A program made the translations under genes and the position numbers. A stretch of 64,000 nt of DNA from Candidatus Latescibacterota bacterium (GTDB taxonomy: Bacteria; Latescibacterota; UBA2968; UBA8231), in the NCBI GenBank assembly GCA_965203175.1, contig OZ241867.1, positions 2,176,001-2,240,000 of the forward strand. Reading direction: 5' to 3'. Below are positions 35,745-45,922 of the stretch, in pieces. The first letter of the stretch is position 1; each line of letters opens with the position of its first letter. A model generated the notes under the pieces. That model had not been told where the DNA came from. It saw nothing but the letters and a program-made list of their open reading frames with translations, and searched no databases.

Positions 35745-38096
35745 ATGCGAATTTCACTATCGTCGGCTAGCTTGCTGGCCGGTTTATTGATGCTGTCGGC
35801 GTTGTCTGGGGCGCAGGCCGAAGAAGTGCCTGGCCAAGTGCTGGACGCGGCCACGGGCCTCCCCTTGGAAGGGGCCAACGTGCGGGCCGGGGATAGGGCT
35901 ACCACTACGGATCCTCAGGGTCGCTTTAAGGTGGAGGCAGCCTTGGGCGACTCTCTAGACATTTCCTTTATCGGCTACCAGAGCGCGCGGGTAGCGGTAG
36001 TCTTGCCGCTAGTCGTGGCTTTGGAGCGCGCGATTTTGCAAGCGCCGGAGGTGGTGGTGGAAGGCGGTTTGGTGCGCCAGCGGCTCGACCGCTTGGCCGC
36101 CAGCGTCACGGTAGTGGATGGGGATCGTTCTCGGGCCAGCGGGGCTGGGCACTTGCAGGACGCGACCCATGCGGTGCCCAATTTGAATTGGGCTGGCGGC
36201 TCGTCCCGGCCGCGCTATTTCCAGATTCGGGGCATTGGCGAGCGCAGCCACTACGCCGGCGAAGGGCCGCCCAGTTTTTCGGTGGGATTCGTCATGGACG
36301 ATGTTGACTTAAGCGGCATGGGCACGGCCGGATTGCTCTTTGACGTCGATCAGGTCGAAGTCTTCAAAGGCCCTCAGTCAACTATTTTTGGCCCCAACGC
36401 TTTAGCCGGTCTGATCAATTTGCGCTCGGCCGATCCCCAGCCAGGGTTTGCCGGAGCGGGCAGCGCCGAGATGGGCAGTGATGGTTTAGGGCGTTTTTCC
36501 GGGGCGGTGAATCTGCCGGTAGGGAGCGATCTGGCGCTGCGCGTGGGGTTCGAGAACGGTCGTTCCAACGGCTTTCGCTCCAATGCCTTTCTCGATGCCG
36601 ATGACACCAACGGCCGACGCGAGCAGTTGCTGCGCGCTAAGGTCGGCTGGACCCCGGCGGCTGGTTCCGAGGTATTGGGTACCTTCTTTTGGGCCGATAT
36701 GGACAACGGGTACGACGCTTGGGTGCCCGACAACAACGAGGATTTGACGACCTATTCCGACAAGCCGGGCAAGGACCGCCAGCAGACGACCGGGGCCTCG
36801 CTCAAGAGCACTTGGGGGCTGGGCGCGAGCGGTGTTGAATTGGTGACCATTACCGCGTTTTCGCGCAGCGAATTGGAGCACAGCTACGACGGCGATTGGG
36901 GCAACGACGAGTACTGGCTAGCGGAGTATGGATTCGACCCGGATGTCGAGGGGTGGAGCTACGACTTTTTCGACCGCAATGTGCGCGACCGCACGGTTGT
37001 GAGCCAAGAGGCCCGGCTCTTGGTCGAGGAACTGGTGGTGGGAGCCTATTGGAAGCGGCTCGAAGAGGAGGACAATGCCGCAGGATATTTGTTCGGCGGC
37101 GACGCCACGGACCTGAACGGGCGCTACGAGATCGACAACCTAGCTTTTTACGGCCAGTACGGGCTGGCCTTGAGCGAAAAAGTGCGGCTGGAAGTCAATG
37201 CGCGGCTCGACCGCAACGATACGGCCTATGAAGGGACGACGGCGAATTATGGGGCCGATAGCACTAGCACCGCGTTTGCCGTCGACCAATGGTTGGGCGG
37301 TGGCAAAGCATCCCTTAGTTACGACTGGCGTCCGGGCCAGACCCTGTACGCTTCGGCCTCGCGCGGCTACCGCTCCGGTGGGGTCAACCAGCACCCGTAC
37401 TTAGCCGCGGAAAACCGCCCCTACGACCCTGAGTACATCGTCAATCTCGAACTCGGCTGGCGGGTCAGCGGACCGCGCTCTTCCATTGGACTGACCCTGT
37501 TCCACGCTCTGCGCTCGGACCAGCAAGTCGAGTTGTCGAGCCAGCAGGATCCGGGCGATCCCAACAGCTTTTTTTACTTCACGGCCAATGCCGTCAAAGG
37601 CCGCAACAGTGGCTTGGAATGGGAGCAGACCGTCCGCCTCCTACCCCAGGTCGAACTCTTCGGCTCGGTGGGTCTGCTCGCTACTCACATTGATACGTAC
37701 ACCTTCCCCATCGCGGAAGACGAGGAAGCGACGCTGGGGGACCGGGCCGCAGCTCATGCCCCCAACTACACCTTTAGCGTAGGCGGCGAATACCGCCATC
37801 CGTCGGGCTTGGGGGCACGGCTGGCCCTAATCGGCATGGACCAATTCTTCTACTCCGATGGCCACGACCAAGTCTCAGAGCCTTATCGATTGGTCAACGC
37901 CCACATCGCCTACCAATGGGAAGCATGGTCCGTGCAACTGTGGGGCCGCAACCTGCTCGACGAACGCTACGGGGTGCGGGGCTTCTACTTTGGCCTAGAG
38001 CCGCCGGATTACGCCGACAAGCTGTACAAAACCTACGGCGATCCGCGCCAAGTGGGCGTGCGGCTGACGACGCAGTTTTCTTCTTTTGGAGACTAA
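35745..38096 (+). CDS. TonB-dependent receptor, probable thiamine uptake
   Basis: Signal peptide, carboxypeptidase-regulatory-like N-domain, IRGIG plug, QVEVFKGPQSTIFGPNALAG.IN, GRNLLDE.Y, PRQVGV; under a TPP riboswitch. Confidence 0.9.
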   Translation: MRISLSSASLLAGLLMLSALSGAQAEEVPGQVLDAATGLPLEGANVRAGDRATTTDPQGRFKVEAALGDSLDISFIGYQSARVAVVLPLVVALERAILQAPEVVVEGGLVRQRLDRLAASVTVVDGDRSRASGAGHLQDATHAVPNLNWAGGSSRPRYFQIRGIGERSHYAGEGPPSFSVGFVMDDVDLSGMGTAGLLFDVDQVEVFKGPQSTIFGPNALAGLINLRSADPQPGFAGAGSAEMGSDGLGRFSGAVNLPVGSDLALRVGFENGRSNGFRSNAFLDADDTNGRREQLLRAKVGWTPAAGSEVLGTFFWADMDNGYDAWVPDNNEDLTTYSDKPGKDRQQTTGASLKSTWGLGASGVELVTITAFSRSELEHSYDGDWGNDEYWLAEYGFDPDVEGWSYDFFDRNVRDRTVVSQEARLLVEELVVGAYWKRLEEEDNAAGYLFGGDATDLNGRYEIDNLAFYGQYGLALSEKVRLEVNARLDRNDTAYEGTTANYGADSTSTAFAVDQWLGGGKASLSYDWRPGQTLYASASRGYRSGGVNQHPYLAAENRPYDPEYIVNLELGWRVSGPRSSIGLTLFHALRSDQQVELSSQQDPGDPNSFFYFTANAVKGRNSGLEWEQTVRLLPQVELFGSVGLLATHIDTYTFPIAEDEEATLGDRAAAHAPNYTFSVGGEYRHPSGLGARLALIGMDQFFYSDGHDQVSEPYRLVNAHIAYQWEAWSVQLWGRNLLDERYGVRGFYFGLEPPDYADKLYKTYGDPRQVGVRLTTQFSSFGD

Positions 38097-38769
38097 AGCT
38101 GTGGGCAGTCAGTTCGCTTTAATCATCGGCAATGGCGAGCCGCCTTCCCGAGAATTATTTACCGCTTGCGCTCGGGAAGCCGAGCTGATTCTGTGCGCCG
38201 ATGGCGGAGCTAATACCGCCTCGGCGTACGGGTACGCGCCCGATTACGTCGTCGGCGACCTCGACTCGGTTAGCCGCCAGAGTAAGGCTGCCCTTGCCGC
38301 CGACCGCCTCGTCCTCGTTGATCCTGAGGGCAATGTGGGCACGGATGGTCAAAAAGTCCTCAATCACGCCGTTGCACTAGGTGTAACTGAAGCCGTTTTA
38401 CTCGGTTTTACGGGACGGCGCACCGATCATCTGCTGGGCAATTTGAGTCTGCTCAAAACCTTTGCCGACCGCCTCGCTTTGCGAATAGTGGACGACTACT
38501 GCGACATCCGTCTCATCGACCAATGCATTCGCTTCCGCGCTGTTATTGGCCAGAAAGTTTCCCTGTGCCCGCTCGACGGCGCGGCAGAAGGCATTATCAC
38601 AGAGGGGCTGAAATGGGCCTTGCGGTCCGAGAGCCTCATCCCGGGCGTGCGCGACGGTATCTCCAACGAGGTGGTGGATAATCCGGTCGAAATTCGGGTG
38701 GAACGCGGCGATCTGCTGTTGTGCGTGCAGCGGGAGAGTGCGTCCGGGCAGATCGAATTGCTGGATTAG
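38086..38769 (+). CDS. thiN: Thiamine diphosphokinase
   Basis: ALIIGNG, LCADGGAN, PDYVVGDLDS, TDGQK, G.RTDH.LGNL, EGLKW.L, GISNE. Confidence 0.92.
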   Translation: METKAVGSQFALIIGNGEPPSRELFTACAREAELILCADGGANTASAYGYAPDYVVGDLDSVSRQSKAALAADRLVLVDPEGNVGTDGQKVLNHAVALGVTEAVLLGFTGRRTDHLLGNLSLLKTFADRLALRIVDDYCDIRLIDQCIRFRAVIGQKVSLCPLDGAAEGIITEGLKWALRSESLIPGVRDGISNEVVDNPVEIRVERGDLLLCVQRESASGQIELLD

Positions 38770-39720
38770 TCAGGCCGAGCAGCTAGCGCCCCCGAGGACG
38801 CAGAATTGGGCGCAGTGCGGGTGATTGAGCTGCACTGGGCCCCAGGTTTCGGCTAGGGTCCGGCCCATCTCAAAGGCCGCGTCATACGGCAGTAGGGTAC
38901 AGGAGAGCACAACCGGAGAATCCGCGCCCTTGCGCTTGACGACCATGCGCGAGGAGGCGCACATGATGTCGTTGGGCGATTGGCCGAGAATGTCCCAGCA
39001 GCCAGTGGTGATCTCGGGGACATCGACGGAGGGATTCATTTCCGGGAAGATAACGAGTTGGCTGGGGTCGTCCGCATCAATGCGCACGCCGAGGTCGGCG
39101 AAAAGGCGGGCGAAGCCGGTGCGCAATTCGCTTTCTTCGTCACCCCAGAGCGTGCGGCCAGCGGCTGTTAAGCGAAAGCCGCAATCGGAAAGCCAGCGCA
39201 AGCCCGCGATCATCGGTGCCCAGGAGCGCTTGCCGCGCTCCTCCTCGTGCAGCACCGGATCGCAGTGGTCAATGGAGACGCGAATCGTCAGCCGGTCGCC
39301 GTGCGCTTCGCGCAGCCGCAGCAGGTCGTCGTCGCATTTCATCATCGGTCGCATGGCGTTGGTCAACACTAAACTCTCGAAACCCCGCTCCAGCACGTCT
39401 TCGAGCATGTCGAGCATTTCGGGATTCATAAAAGGCTCGCCGCCGGTGAAGCCGATCTCGCGCGTGCCCAGCCGGTCGCGCTCGATCTCGTCGAGATAGG
39501 CTGCCACTTCTGCTGCCGTGAGGTACACTAGACGGTCATTGCGCGGGCTCGATTCGATGTAGCAGTTGGCGCACTCTAAGTTGCAGAGGGTACCGGTGTT
39601 AAACCACAGGGTTTCCAGCCGCGTCAATGCTACGCTAGCTCGCTCTTCTCCGTCGGCGGTGACGTCGGGGTCTTGGAACTTGCGCGGGTCTAAATGGGGT
39701 GGGGCTTGCACTTGTGTCAT
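38770..39720 (-). CDS. Radical SAM protein
   Basis: WFNTGTLCNLECANCYIESSP (CxxxCxxC), FTGGEPF, Cys-rich C-terminus HPHCAQFCVLGGASC; GGAG RBS before ATG 39720. Confidence 0.9.
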   Translation of the reverse strand: MTQVQAPPHLDPRKFQDPDVTADGEERASVALTRLETLWFNTGTLCNLECANCYIESSPRNDRLVYLTAAEVAAYLDEIERDRLGTREIGFTGGEPFMNPEMLDMLEDVLERGFESLVLTNAMRPMMKCDDDLLRLREAHGDRLTIRVSIDHCDPVLHEEERGKRSWAPMIAGLRWLSDCGFRLTAAGRTLWGDEESELRTGFARLFADLGVRIDADDPSQLVIFPEMNPSVDVPEITTGCWDILGQSPNDIMCASSRMVVKRKGADSPVVLSCTLLPYDAAFEMGRTLAETWGPVQLNHPHCAQFCVLGGASCSA

Positions 39721-39937
39721 GCTGTCTCCTGCGGCGGTCTGGGTCTCGTCGTCCAAGACGATGGAGATGTGGATGTTGACCGCTTGGGCGTCGTGCGGCT
39801 GCAAAGAAGCCGATAACTTAATAGACTGTCAAGGTAAATTGCAGTTCTGGAAGCCCTGTGTGTACAGCAGAAAAGAGGCTCTGGCGGAGTTTTAGTGGGA
39901 TGAGTAGGTTGTCTGCTGCATAGAAAGGAGAACCACC

Positions 39938-41014
39938 ATGCAGAAGCACACAGTAGCTATCATCGGCCTCGGCCGTATGGGCAGCACCATTGACGACGAA
40001 GGGCACGGCGACGTGCCCTATTCGGTCGCAGCCGCGACGAGGGCGAGCGAGCGGCTGGAGCTCGTGGCTGGAGCGGATCTCTTGCCGGATAAGCGCGATG
40101 CGTTTCAAAGCCGCTGGGGAACAGCCGTGTACGAGGATTTCCGCGACATGATCGACCGCGAAAAGCCCGATCTCGTGGCCATCTGCACCGCGGCCTGTTT
40201 GCCCAAGCCCGCCAGAGAGGCCCCGGACGCGAGTTTTCGCGGCGACTCGCACGCCGACCTAGCGGTGGCAGTGGCCGATCTGGGCGTGCCGATGATCTAC
40301 CTCGAAAAGGCCATGGCCAGCTCGATGGAGCGCGCCGACGAGATCCGCGATGCCGTAAAGCGCAACAATACGCTCTTCAACACGGGCGTCCTGCGCCGCT
40401 TTGACAACCGCTACGACGTGGTCAAGGACGCGGTCGCTGCCGGTCAGGTCGGCGAGGTGCGGGCCGTGATTCACTACGCCAGTTCCAGCCTGATGCACGG
40501 GCACATCCATTCGATCGACACGGTGTCCTATCTCATCGGCGATCCGGCGATTGAAGCTGTGCGCGGCGAGCTTTTGCCTCGCGGCTTGCAAGTCGAGGGT
40601 AATCACATTTCGTCCGATCCCTCGGCCACCTATCAACTGCGCTTTGCCAACGGCGTCGAGGCCTGGTCCATTCCAACGGCCCCGTGGGAGTTCGAGGTCA
40701 TCGGTTCGGAGGGGGCGATTCGTTCGTGCAACAATGGGGCCAACGTTTTACTGCGTCAGCCCGGTACCGTGCAAGGACGGAAAACCTTGTGGGAAGAGGT
40801 GCCTGTCGATCCGGTGGCACCGCGCAGTACGACGCAGTGCTGCTTGGAGGATTTGGCTGCGGCGCGCGAATCCGGCCAACCCACGCGCGGCCACATCGAC
40901 GTGACGCACCACATCACAGAAGCTACCATCGCCGTTGCCGAGAGCCACCGCCAGGGCGGCGCTTGGGTGGAATTGCCGCTGCCTGAGCGCGACCTATACA
41001 TTTTTCACGTCTAG
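39938..41014 (+). CDS. Gfo/Idh/MocA family oxidoreductase
   Basis: VAIIGLGRMG, EKPDLVAICT, YLEKAMA, HGHIHSID. Confidence 0.9.
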   Translation: MQKHTVAIIGLGRMGSTIDDEGHGDVPYSVAAATRASERLELVAGADLLPDKRDAFQSRWGTAVYEDFRDMIDREKPDLVAICTAACLPKPAREAPDASFRGDSHADLAVAVADLGVPMIYLEKAMASSMERADEIRDAVKRNNTLFNTGVLRRFDNRYDVVKDAVAAGQVGEVRAVIHYASSSLMHGHIHSIDTVSYLIGDPAIEAVRGELLPRGLQVEGNHISSDPSATYQLRFANGVEAWSIPTAPWEFEVIGSEGAIRSCNNGANVLLRQPGTVQGRKTLWEEVPVDPVAPRSTTQCCLEDLAAARESGQPTRGHIDVTHHITEATIAVAESHRQGGAWVELPLPERDLYIFHV

Positions 41015-41165
41015 GGGACATCTACCTCCATCTACTTACTACCTGACGTTACGCAGTCGCTCTATATCTTGCGGATTATCGAAGCCTGTTGACCCAAGAT
41101 ATTGGGGCGAAATTGAGTATTTTCTGGAAAACTGCGTAACATCAGTTACTACTAAAAGGATACAT

Positions 41166-41951
41166 GTGCTAAAAGCAGGCATATTCCTCGACATGGAGAA
41201 TCTCAACCGCTGCGGCGGCTACGCCATTCGCTTTCGCCAGATCAAGGCCCTAGTGGAGGCGCAGCAGGCGGTTGTGGTGCGGGCCAATGCCTATATGGCC
41301 GTGGACCGTGAGCGCGAAAACATGGATGTAGAGTACCGCCAAAAAAGGGAAACGTATCGCAATCGAGCACGGCGAGAGGGCTACCACCTGATACTCAAAG
41401 AAGTGCGGCGCTATCGCAATCCGGACGGCGAGACCATCGTCAAGGCCGACGCCGATCTAGAGCTGGCGATAGACGCCCTATTGCAGTCGGACAACTTGGA
41501 CTACGTGCTGTTGGGCAGCGGCGATGGCGATTTCGTGCGCTTGGTGCGCGCCCTGCAAAACCGGGGCAAACGGGTCGATTTGCTGTCTTTTATGCACACC
41601 AGTACCGAGTTACGCCAAGAGGTAGATCACCACTTTTCCGGGTACTTGGTGCCCGGCATTCTGTTTTCTGAGCGAGGTCTAACCCAGCGCCTGCGCGGCA
41701 TCCTACACGCGGTCAACGAGGAGAAGGGCTACGGCTTCTTGACTGTGCAGACCGACTTGGGCATGGACAGTATACGCGAAGATATTTTTCTGCACATCAC
41801 CGACTTGCGTACGGTGCGGGGTGGGGTGGTGTCCAACGCGGACTTTGCCTATCTCAAGGTGCGCGAGGCGATCATCGAGTTTGAGGTGGAGGACGATGGA
41901 GATCGGAAAAAGGCCGTCAACGCCATAGAATTTCGACCGGAGCTGCTGTGA
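41166..41951 (+). CDS. NYN (LabA/DUF88) domain protein with C-terminal cold-shock/OB domain
   Basis: GIFLDMENL, KADADLELAIDAL, LLGSGDGDFVRLV.ALQ.RGKRV; then GILHAVNEEKGYGFL...DIFLHITDL...EFEV...KKAVN; AAAGGA RBS before GTG 41166. Confidence 0.85.
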   Translation: MLKAGIFLDMENLNRCGGYAIRFRQIKALVEAQQAVVVRANAYMAVDRERENMDVEYRQKRETYRNRARREGYHLILKEVRRYRNPDGETIVKADADLELAIDALLQSDNLDYVLLGSGDGDFVRLVRALQNRGKRVDLLSFMHTSTELRQEVDHHFSGYLVPGILFSERGLTQRLRGILHAVNEEKGYGFLTVQTDLGMDSIREDIFLHITDLRTVRGGVVSNADFAYLKVREAIIEFEVEDDGDRKKAVNAIEFRPELL

Positions 41952-41952
41952 G

Positions 41953-42693
41953 GTGATGACGATGAAGAAAGATTGGTGCGCCGAGGAGTTTCGCTGCATG
42001 GTCGCCTTTGGCGAGAGCACCACCGCTGGCGGCTGGAGCACCGCTCCTGATCGCTGTTGGGTGCCTCTGCTGGGCGCGCTCATCAACGACTTTCAGACCA
42101 CGCCTATGCAGGTTGTCAACTCTGGAATCGGTGCCAACCTCATCGCCAGGCGCAGCCCGGCGTACGAGGAGAGCGGAAAGCCGGCGGCCGACGAGCGCCT
42201 CGACAAACACGTCCTCTCCCACAATCCCGACCTGCTCGCGATCTCCTACGGCCTCAACGACGCCCGGGGCGGTACGCCATTGGCCCAGTTTTGCGAGGAT
42301 CTCGTCCTGCTCGTGGGGCGCGTGCGCCAACGCGGGAATCCGCTCATCCTGTTGCTTGGCCCCTACTTCATGACCGACTTCACCGTCGGGGGGAAGACCT
42401 GGAGCCACGCCGATCTGCCCCTGTTCAGGCGCTTCAACGCGGCCACGGCCGAGGTGGCGGCACAACTCGACTGTCTGTACGTCGATCTGCTGGCTGCGAG
42501 CGGTGAAGCGCCTTGGATGGTCCACTACGACGGCGTGCACCAGAACGACCTCGGCCACCAGATCGTCGCCAACCGCATCTTCGAGGTGCTTGCCCAGAAT
42601 TGTTCCTGCTTGGCGAAGCGAACCCGGCAGTCCGAGCAGACCAGTCCGAGGTGGAGGGACGAGTCGGTGCTGAAGTCCGACTATGGCTTCTGA
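41953..42693 (+). CDS. SGNH/GDSL hydrolase
   Basis: VAFGESTTAG, NSGIG, YGLND, DGVHQN..GH. Confidence 0.88.
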   Translation: MMTMKKDWCAEEFRCMVAFGESTTAGGWSTAPDRCWVPLLGALINDFQTTPMQVVNSGIGANLIARRSPAYEESGKPAADERLDKHVLSHNPDLLAISYGLNDARGGTPLAQFCEDLVLLVGRVRQRGNPLILLLGPYFMTDFTVGGKTWSHADLPLFRRFNAATAEVAAQLDCLYVDLLAASGEAPWMVHYDGVHQNDLGHQIVANRIFEVLAQNCSCLAKRTRQSEQTSPRWRDESVLKSDYGF

Positions 42694-42708
42694 CTCGGGA
42701 AAGGAGAT

Positions 42709-43743
42709 ATGAGCGCCATGATTCGCGTCGCTATCGCCGGCTGCCACCGCCAGGTCCTGCGCAAACCGACGAGCCACAACTTCGCCGCCGCCTTCTGCTC
42801 CCATCCCGACGCGGAAGTAGTCGGTGTTTTCGACTACGGCGAACGAGAACGCGCAGAATTTGTCGAGTGCTGGCGGGATGTGTGGGGAGAGGTGCCGACC
42901 TTTGACGACTACGAGGAGCTTCTCAAGGAGGTTACTCCCGACATCGTCTGCATTGCCACTCGACAGACGATGCACGCCGACCAGATCGAAAGGGCAGTGG
43001 CCGCCGGCGTCCGCGGGATTCTAAGCGACAAACCGCTGGCCACGACCCTCGCCGAAATGGATCGCATTGTCGCGGCCTGTGCGGAGATCCCCCTTGCCTT
43101 CGCCCTCGACCGGCGCTGGGACTCCGCCTATCGAGCGCTAAGCTCGGCCCTCGCTGGCGGCCTGATCGGCGAGGCGACCAGTTTGGTGGCATACGGCATC
43201 CCGAATACAATCAATCACGGCTGTCACTGGTACGACGCCGTGCTCGCGCTGTTGGGAGATCCAGAGCCCGCATGGGTCAGCGGTTTTGTCGACTCCAGCG
43301 ACTCCGCGGATGAGCGCCGCCGGATGGATCCGCCCTGCCGTGCGCAGATTGGGATGGACAACGGCGCTGTCGCCTATGTAACCTGCGACGGACCCAAAGG
43401 CCCCGCCTTTGAGATTGCGGGCGATGGTGGACGGATTTCCGTATTCGCCGACGCGAGCGCTGCCCGCATCTGGAGGGGCGATTCTGAAGAGTTATTTCCC
43501 CTGCCGCCGAAGGCGGAGGGCTGGCCGGCTGGCATGAACATGGTAAGCGACCTAGTCCGCGCCGTCAAAGAGGGTGGCCGCACTGCGTGCGACATCTCCG
43601 AGGCCCGACGCTCCACTGAAATCGGATTCGCCATCTGCTCTTCCTCGGAGCGGGAAGGCGTCCGGGCTGCGCTGCCCGCAGCAGATCGCTCCCTCCGCGT
43701 CGAGTCGTATCCGTGGGGGAACGAAGCTCCGAATGCGGTCTAA
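42709..43743 (+). CDS. Gfo/Idh/MocA family oxidoreductase
   Basis: IRVAIAGC, PDIVCIATRQTMH, DKPLATTLAE, NHGCHWYD. Confidence 0.9.
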   Translation: MSAMIRVAIAGCHRQVLRKPTSHNFAAAFCSHPDAEVVGVFDYGERERAEFVECWRDVWGEVPTFDDYEELLKEVTPDIVCIATRQTMHADQIERAVAAGVRGILSDKPLATTLAEMDRIVAACAEIPLAFALDRRWDSAYRALSSALAGGLIGEATSLVAYGIPNTINHGCHWYDAVLALLGDPEPAWVSGFVDSSDSADERRRMDPPCRAQIGMDNGAVAYVTCDGPKGPAFEIAGDGGRISVFADASAARIWRGDSEELFPLPPKAEGWPAGMNMVSDLVRAVKEGGRTACDISEARRSTEIGFAICSSSEREGVRAALPAADRSLRVESYPWGNEAPNAV

Positions 43744-43770
43744 CCCAATCCATGCGACAAGCTGGGTGAA

Positions 43771-44613
43771 TCACCCCCGCGATGGCTCGGCGTTTTCCCG
43801 CCGATGGCGCTGATGCACCTCCACCATCTTGAAGTCGTTGTCTATGACCTGCTGCAAATGCACCATGCGCTCTGGTCCGGCAGTGCGCAACATGGCTTCG
43901 CCGTGGATGCGGTCAATCCAGAACCGCCCCTCATTGGCCAGCGCGTTCTGGAAGTCCTCTAGGCGCTCGTCGGGCACGTGTTCGTAGAAATTCATGGTGT
44001 ACATGCGCCGCCGCTGCGAGCCGCCGAAAGCGGCGTGTTTGGTATTGTGCCAAAATACGACAATGTCGCCCGGCTGGGTCTCCACCACTTGGCACGGCAC
44101 TTGGTCGGGTGCCACCCCCCACGCTGCTTCGCTGTCGGGCAGAGCCTCTTGTAGGCCGTCGGCATAGGCATCGCCGCAGTGATGACTGCCCGGAATGATG
44201 CGCACTGCGCCCGTGTCTTGGGTCAGCGGATCTAGGTAAAAAGCGATCTTAATGCTGGGGATGCGGTCGCCGTTGTACCCATCCGAATGCCAACGCGTAT
44301 CGCCGACGTAGAAATTGCCGTCGCCGCTGGTGTAGTTGAAATCATCGCCCAAAATGCTGGCGGCAATATCGTGGATGCGCGGGTCGTCAAGCAAGCTGCT
44401 CAGGTATTCGCTCTGGTCGGGAAAGGGCACAATGCACGAGCGCGCCCGGCCTTCGTGCCCCTTGCCGTGATGCCCCCCGCCGTGCGCGGCCCACACGGCC
44501 TCGAATTCTTCGATAATGCGGTCGATGCAATCGGCCATCAGACCGGGAAAATACAGATAGCCGAAGGTGTTGAAGAAGTTGAGTTGCTGCTGTGTCAAGC
44601 GCGTCTCGGACAT
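43771..44613 (-). CDS. PhyH-family dioxygenase (canonical HxD)
   Basis: FFNTFGYL.FPG, RWHSD, IKIAFYLDPL...GAVRIIPGSH, PGDIVVF...KHAAFGG..RR. Confidence 0.9.
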   Translation of the reverse strand: MSETRLTQQQLNFFNTFGYLYFPGLMADCIDRIIEEFEAVWAAHGGGHHGKGHEGRARSCIVPFPDQSEYLSSLLDDPRIHDIAASILGDDFNYTSGDGNFYVGDTRWHSDGYNGDRIPSIKIAFYLDPLTQDTGAVRIIPGSHHCGDAYADGLQEALPDSEAAWGVAPDQVPCQVVETQPGDIVVFWHNTKHAAFGGSQRRRMYTMNFYEHVPDERLEDFQNALANEGRFWIDRIHGEAMLRTAGPERMVHLQQVIDNDFKMVEVHQRHRRENAEPSRG

Positions 44614-44748
44614 GTTCTCTCCTTCAGATTATTCCCACGGGTCCGCATGAGGTTGCCGTGATTCAGAATCGCGGCCTGGCGACCGCTGACAATCCTCCCT
44701 TGATATCCGGTACCAGACCGACGGAGAAGTGGCGGGCTTCAGGGGGAC

Positions 44749-45711
44749 TTATCCGGTCGCCTGATACACCTCGTCGAGCCAGACTACCATCTCAGCCGTC
44801 GCGTCGTTGCTCGGAGTACCTTCCGATCCGGTCATCGCCCACCAGCCGCTGGCGCGCTGCTGATCGACGATGTTGCCGGCCACCTTGATCGCCATGTCGC
44901 GGTACAAGCTCTCCCGGGTCAGAGTCCACAGCAGCGACGCCGCCCACATCACTTTTCCGGCGCGCAGCAACCGGCAGAGGTGGTCCGTGGCGGTCTCGGC
45001 GAAGCGCATGTACTCCCTAGCCAGCGCAAGCCACTGCTCGTCGCCGGTGGCCTGGTAGAGGCGAGCGAGAAAGCCACCCGCGATGCCCGGGTGGAAGAAG
45101 TACTGATCCCCCTTGGCGGCATTGACCAGTACGTAGCGAATCGGGTCCGTGGGGTCGATGTCGGTTACGAGCCCGCCAGCCGGCGTGGCGACGGTGTACA
45201 TCTCCTCCGGGTAGTTCGGCTGCTCATCCATCATCCGCTGCATCCAGCGTCCCACACCGCAGGCGATGTCGAGGCGGTTGGTGTACAGAGCGGCATGACC
45301 GCAGCCACTCGTGACCCACAAGTCCTGCGGAGTGTCCGGCTGACGCTCGCTCGGGTGGGACCAGAACCCGCCGCTGCCGTCGTAGAAGCCCATCAAGAAG
45401 TCCATGCCCTTCTGCGCGATGTCGAACTGTGCGAGCCGGGCTGCGCCGATGACGACCCAGGTGTTGAAGTAAGCGTAGTAGTAGCCGTTGGTGAATTCGG
45501 TTCTGGGGCCAAAGTCGCCATCTGAGGTCATACCGTTGCGGCGCACCCAATCGAGCAGGCGGTTGGCCGCATGGGTCTCGCCGCAAACCTGGAACGCCGT
45601 CGGCACCTTGTAATACTCTGCGACAGTGCCATTGCCGAAGCTGCCGTCTGCACAAAGGTGTTGCAGCAGGTACTCGCAGCCTCTGTCGCGGGCTTGGCGA
45701 AAGGTGTTCAT
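44749..45711 (-). CDS. Hypothetical protein, probable (alpha/alpha) toroid fold
   Basis: Repeated helix-QW-like segments (YLLQHLCADGSF, IVDQQRASGWW), LARLYQATGD..WL..A. Confidence 0.65.
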   Translation of the reverse strand: MNTFRQARDRGCEYLLQHLCADGSFGNGTVAEYYKVPTAFQVCGETHAANRLLDWVRRNGMTSDGDFGPRTEFTNGYYYAYFNTWVVIGAARLAQFDIAQKGMDFLMGFYDGSGGFWSHPSERQPDTPQDLWVTSGCGHAALYTNRLDIACGVGRWMQRMMDEQPNYPEEMYTVATPAGGLVTDIDPTDPIRYVLVNAAKGDQYFFHPGIAGGFLARLYQATGDEQWLALAREYMRFAETATDHLCRLLRAGKVMWAASLLWTLTRESLYRDMAIKVAGNIVDQQRASGWWAMTGSEGTPSNDATAEMVVWLDEVYQATG

Positions 45712-45922
45712 TTGGTTCTATAGCGCTGCGGCCATGAGTTCATTGCCCGCATGTCCTTCTGTAAAAAGGCCGGTTCCATCGCGGTTAAGATGTGGACATT
45801 ATAGAGAGCTTTGGGGGGCCTGGTCAAGGAGTAGCACATGCGGTCCCCTTTTCAGAATTGCAGCGCGGAGACCACTTCCCGGGCGAAGGCGCAACCTCAA
45901 GTCAGCGGACCAGGTGCCCGAG

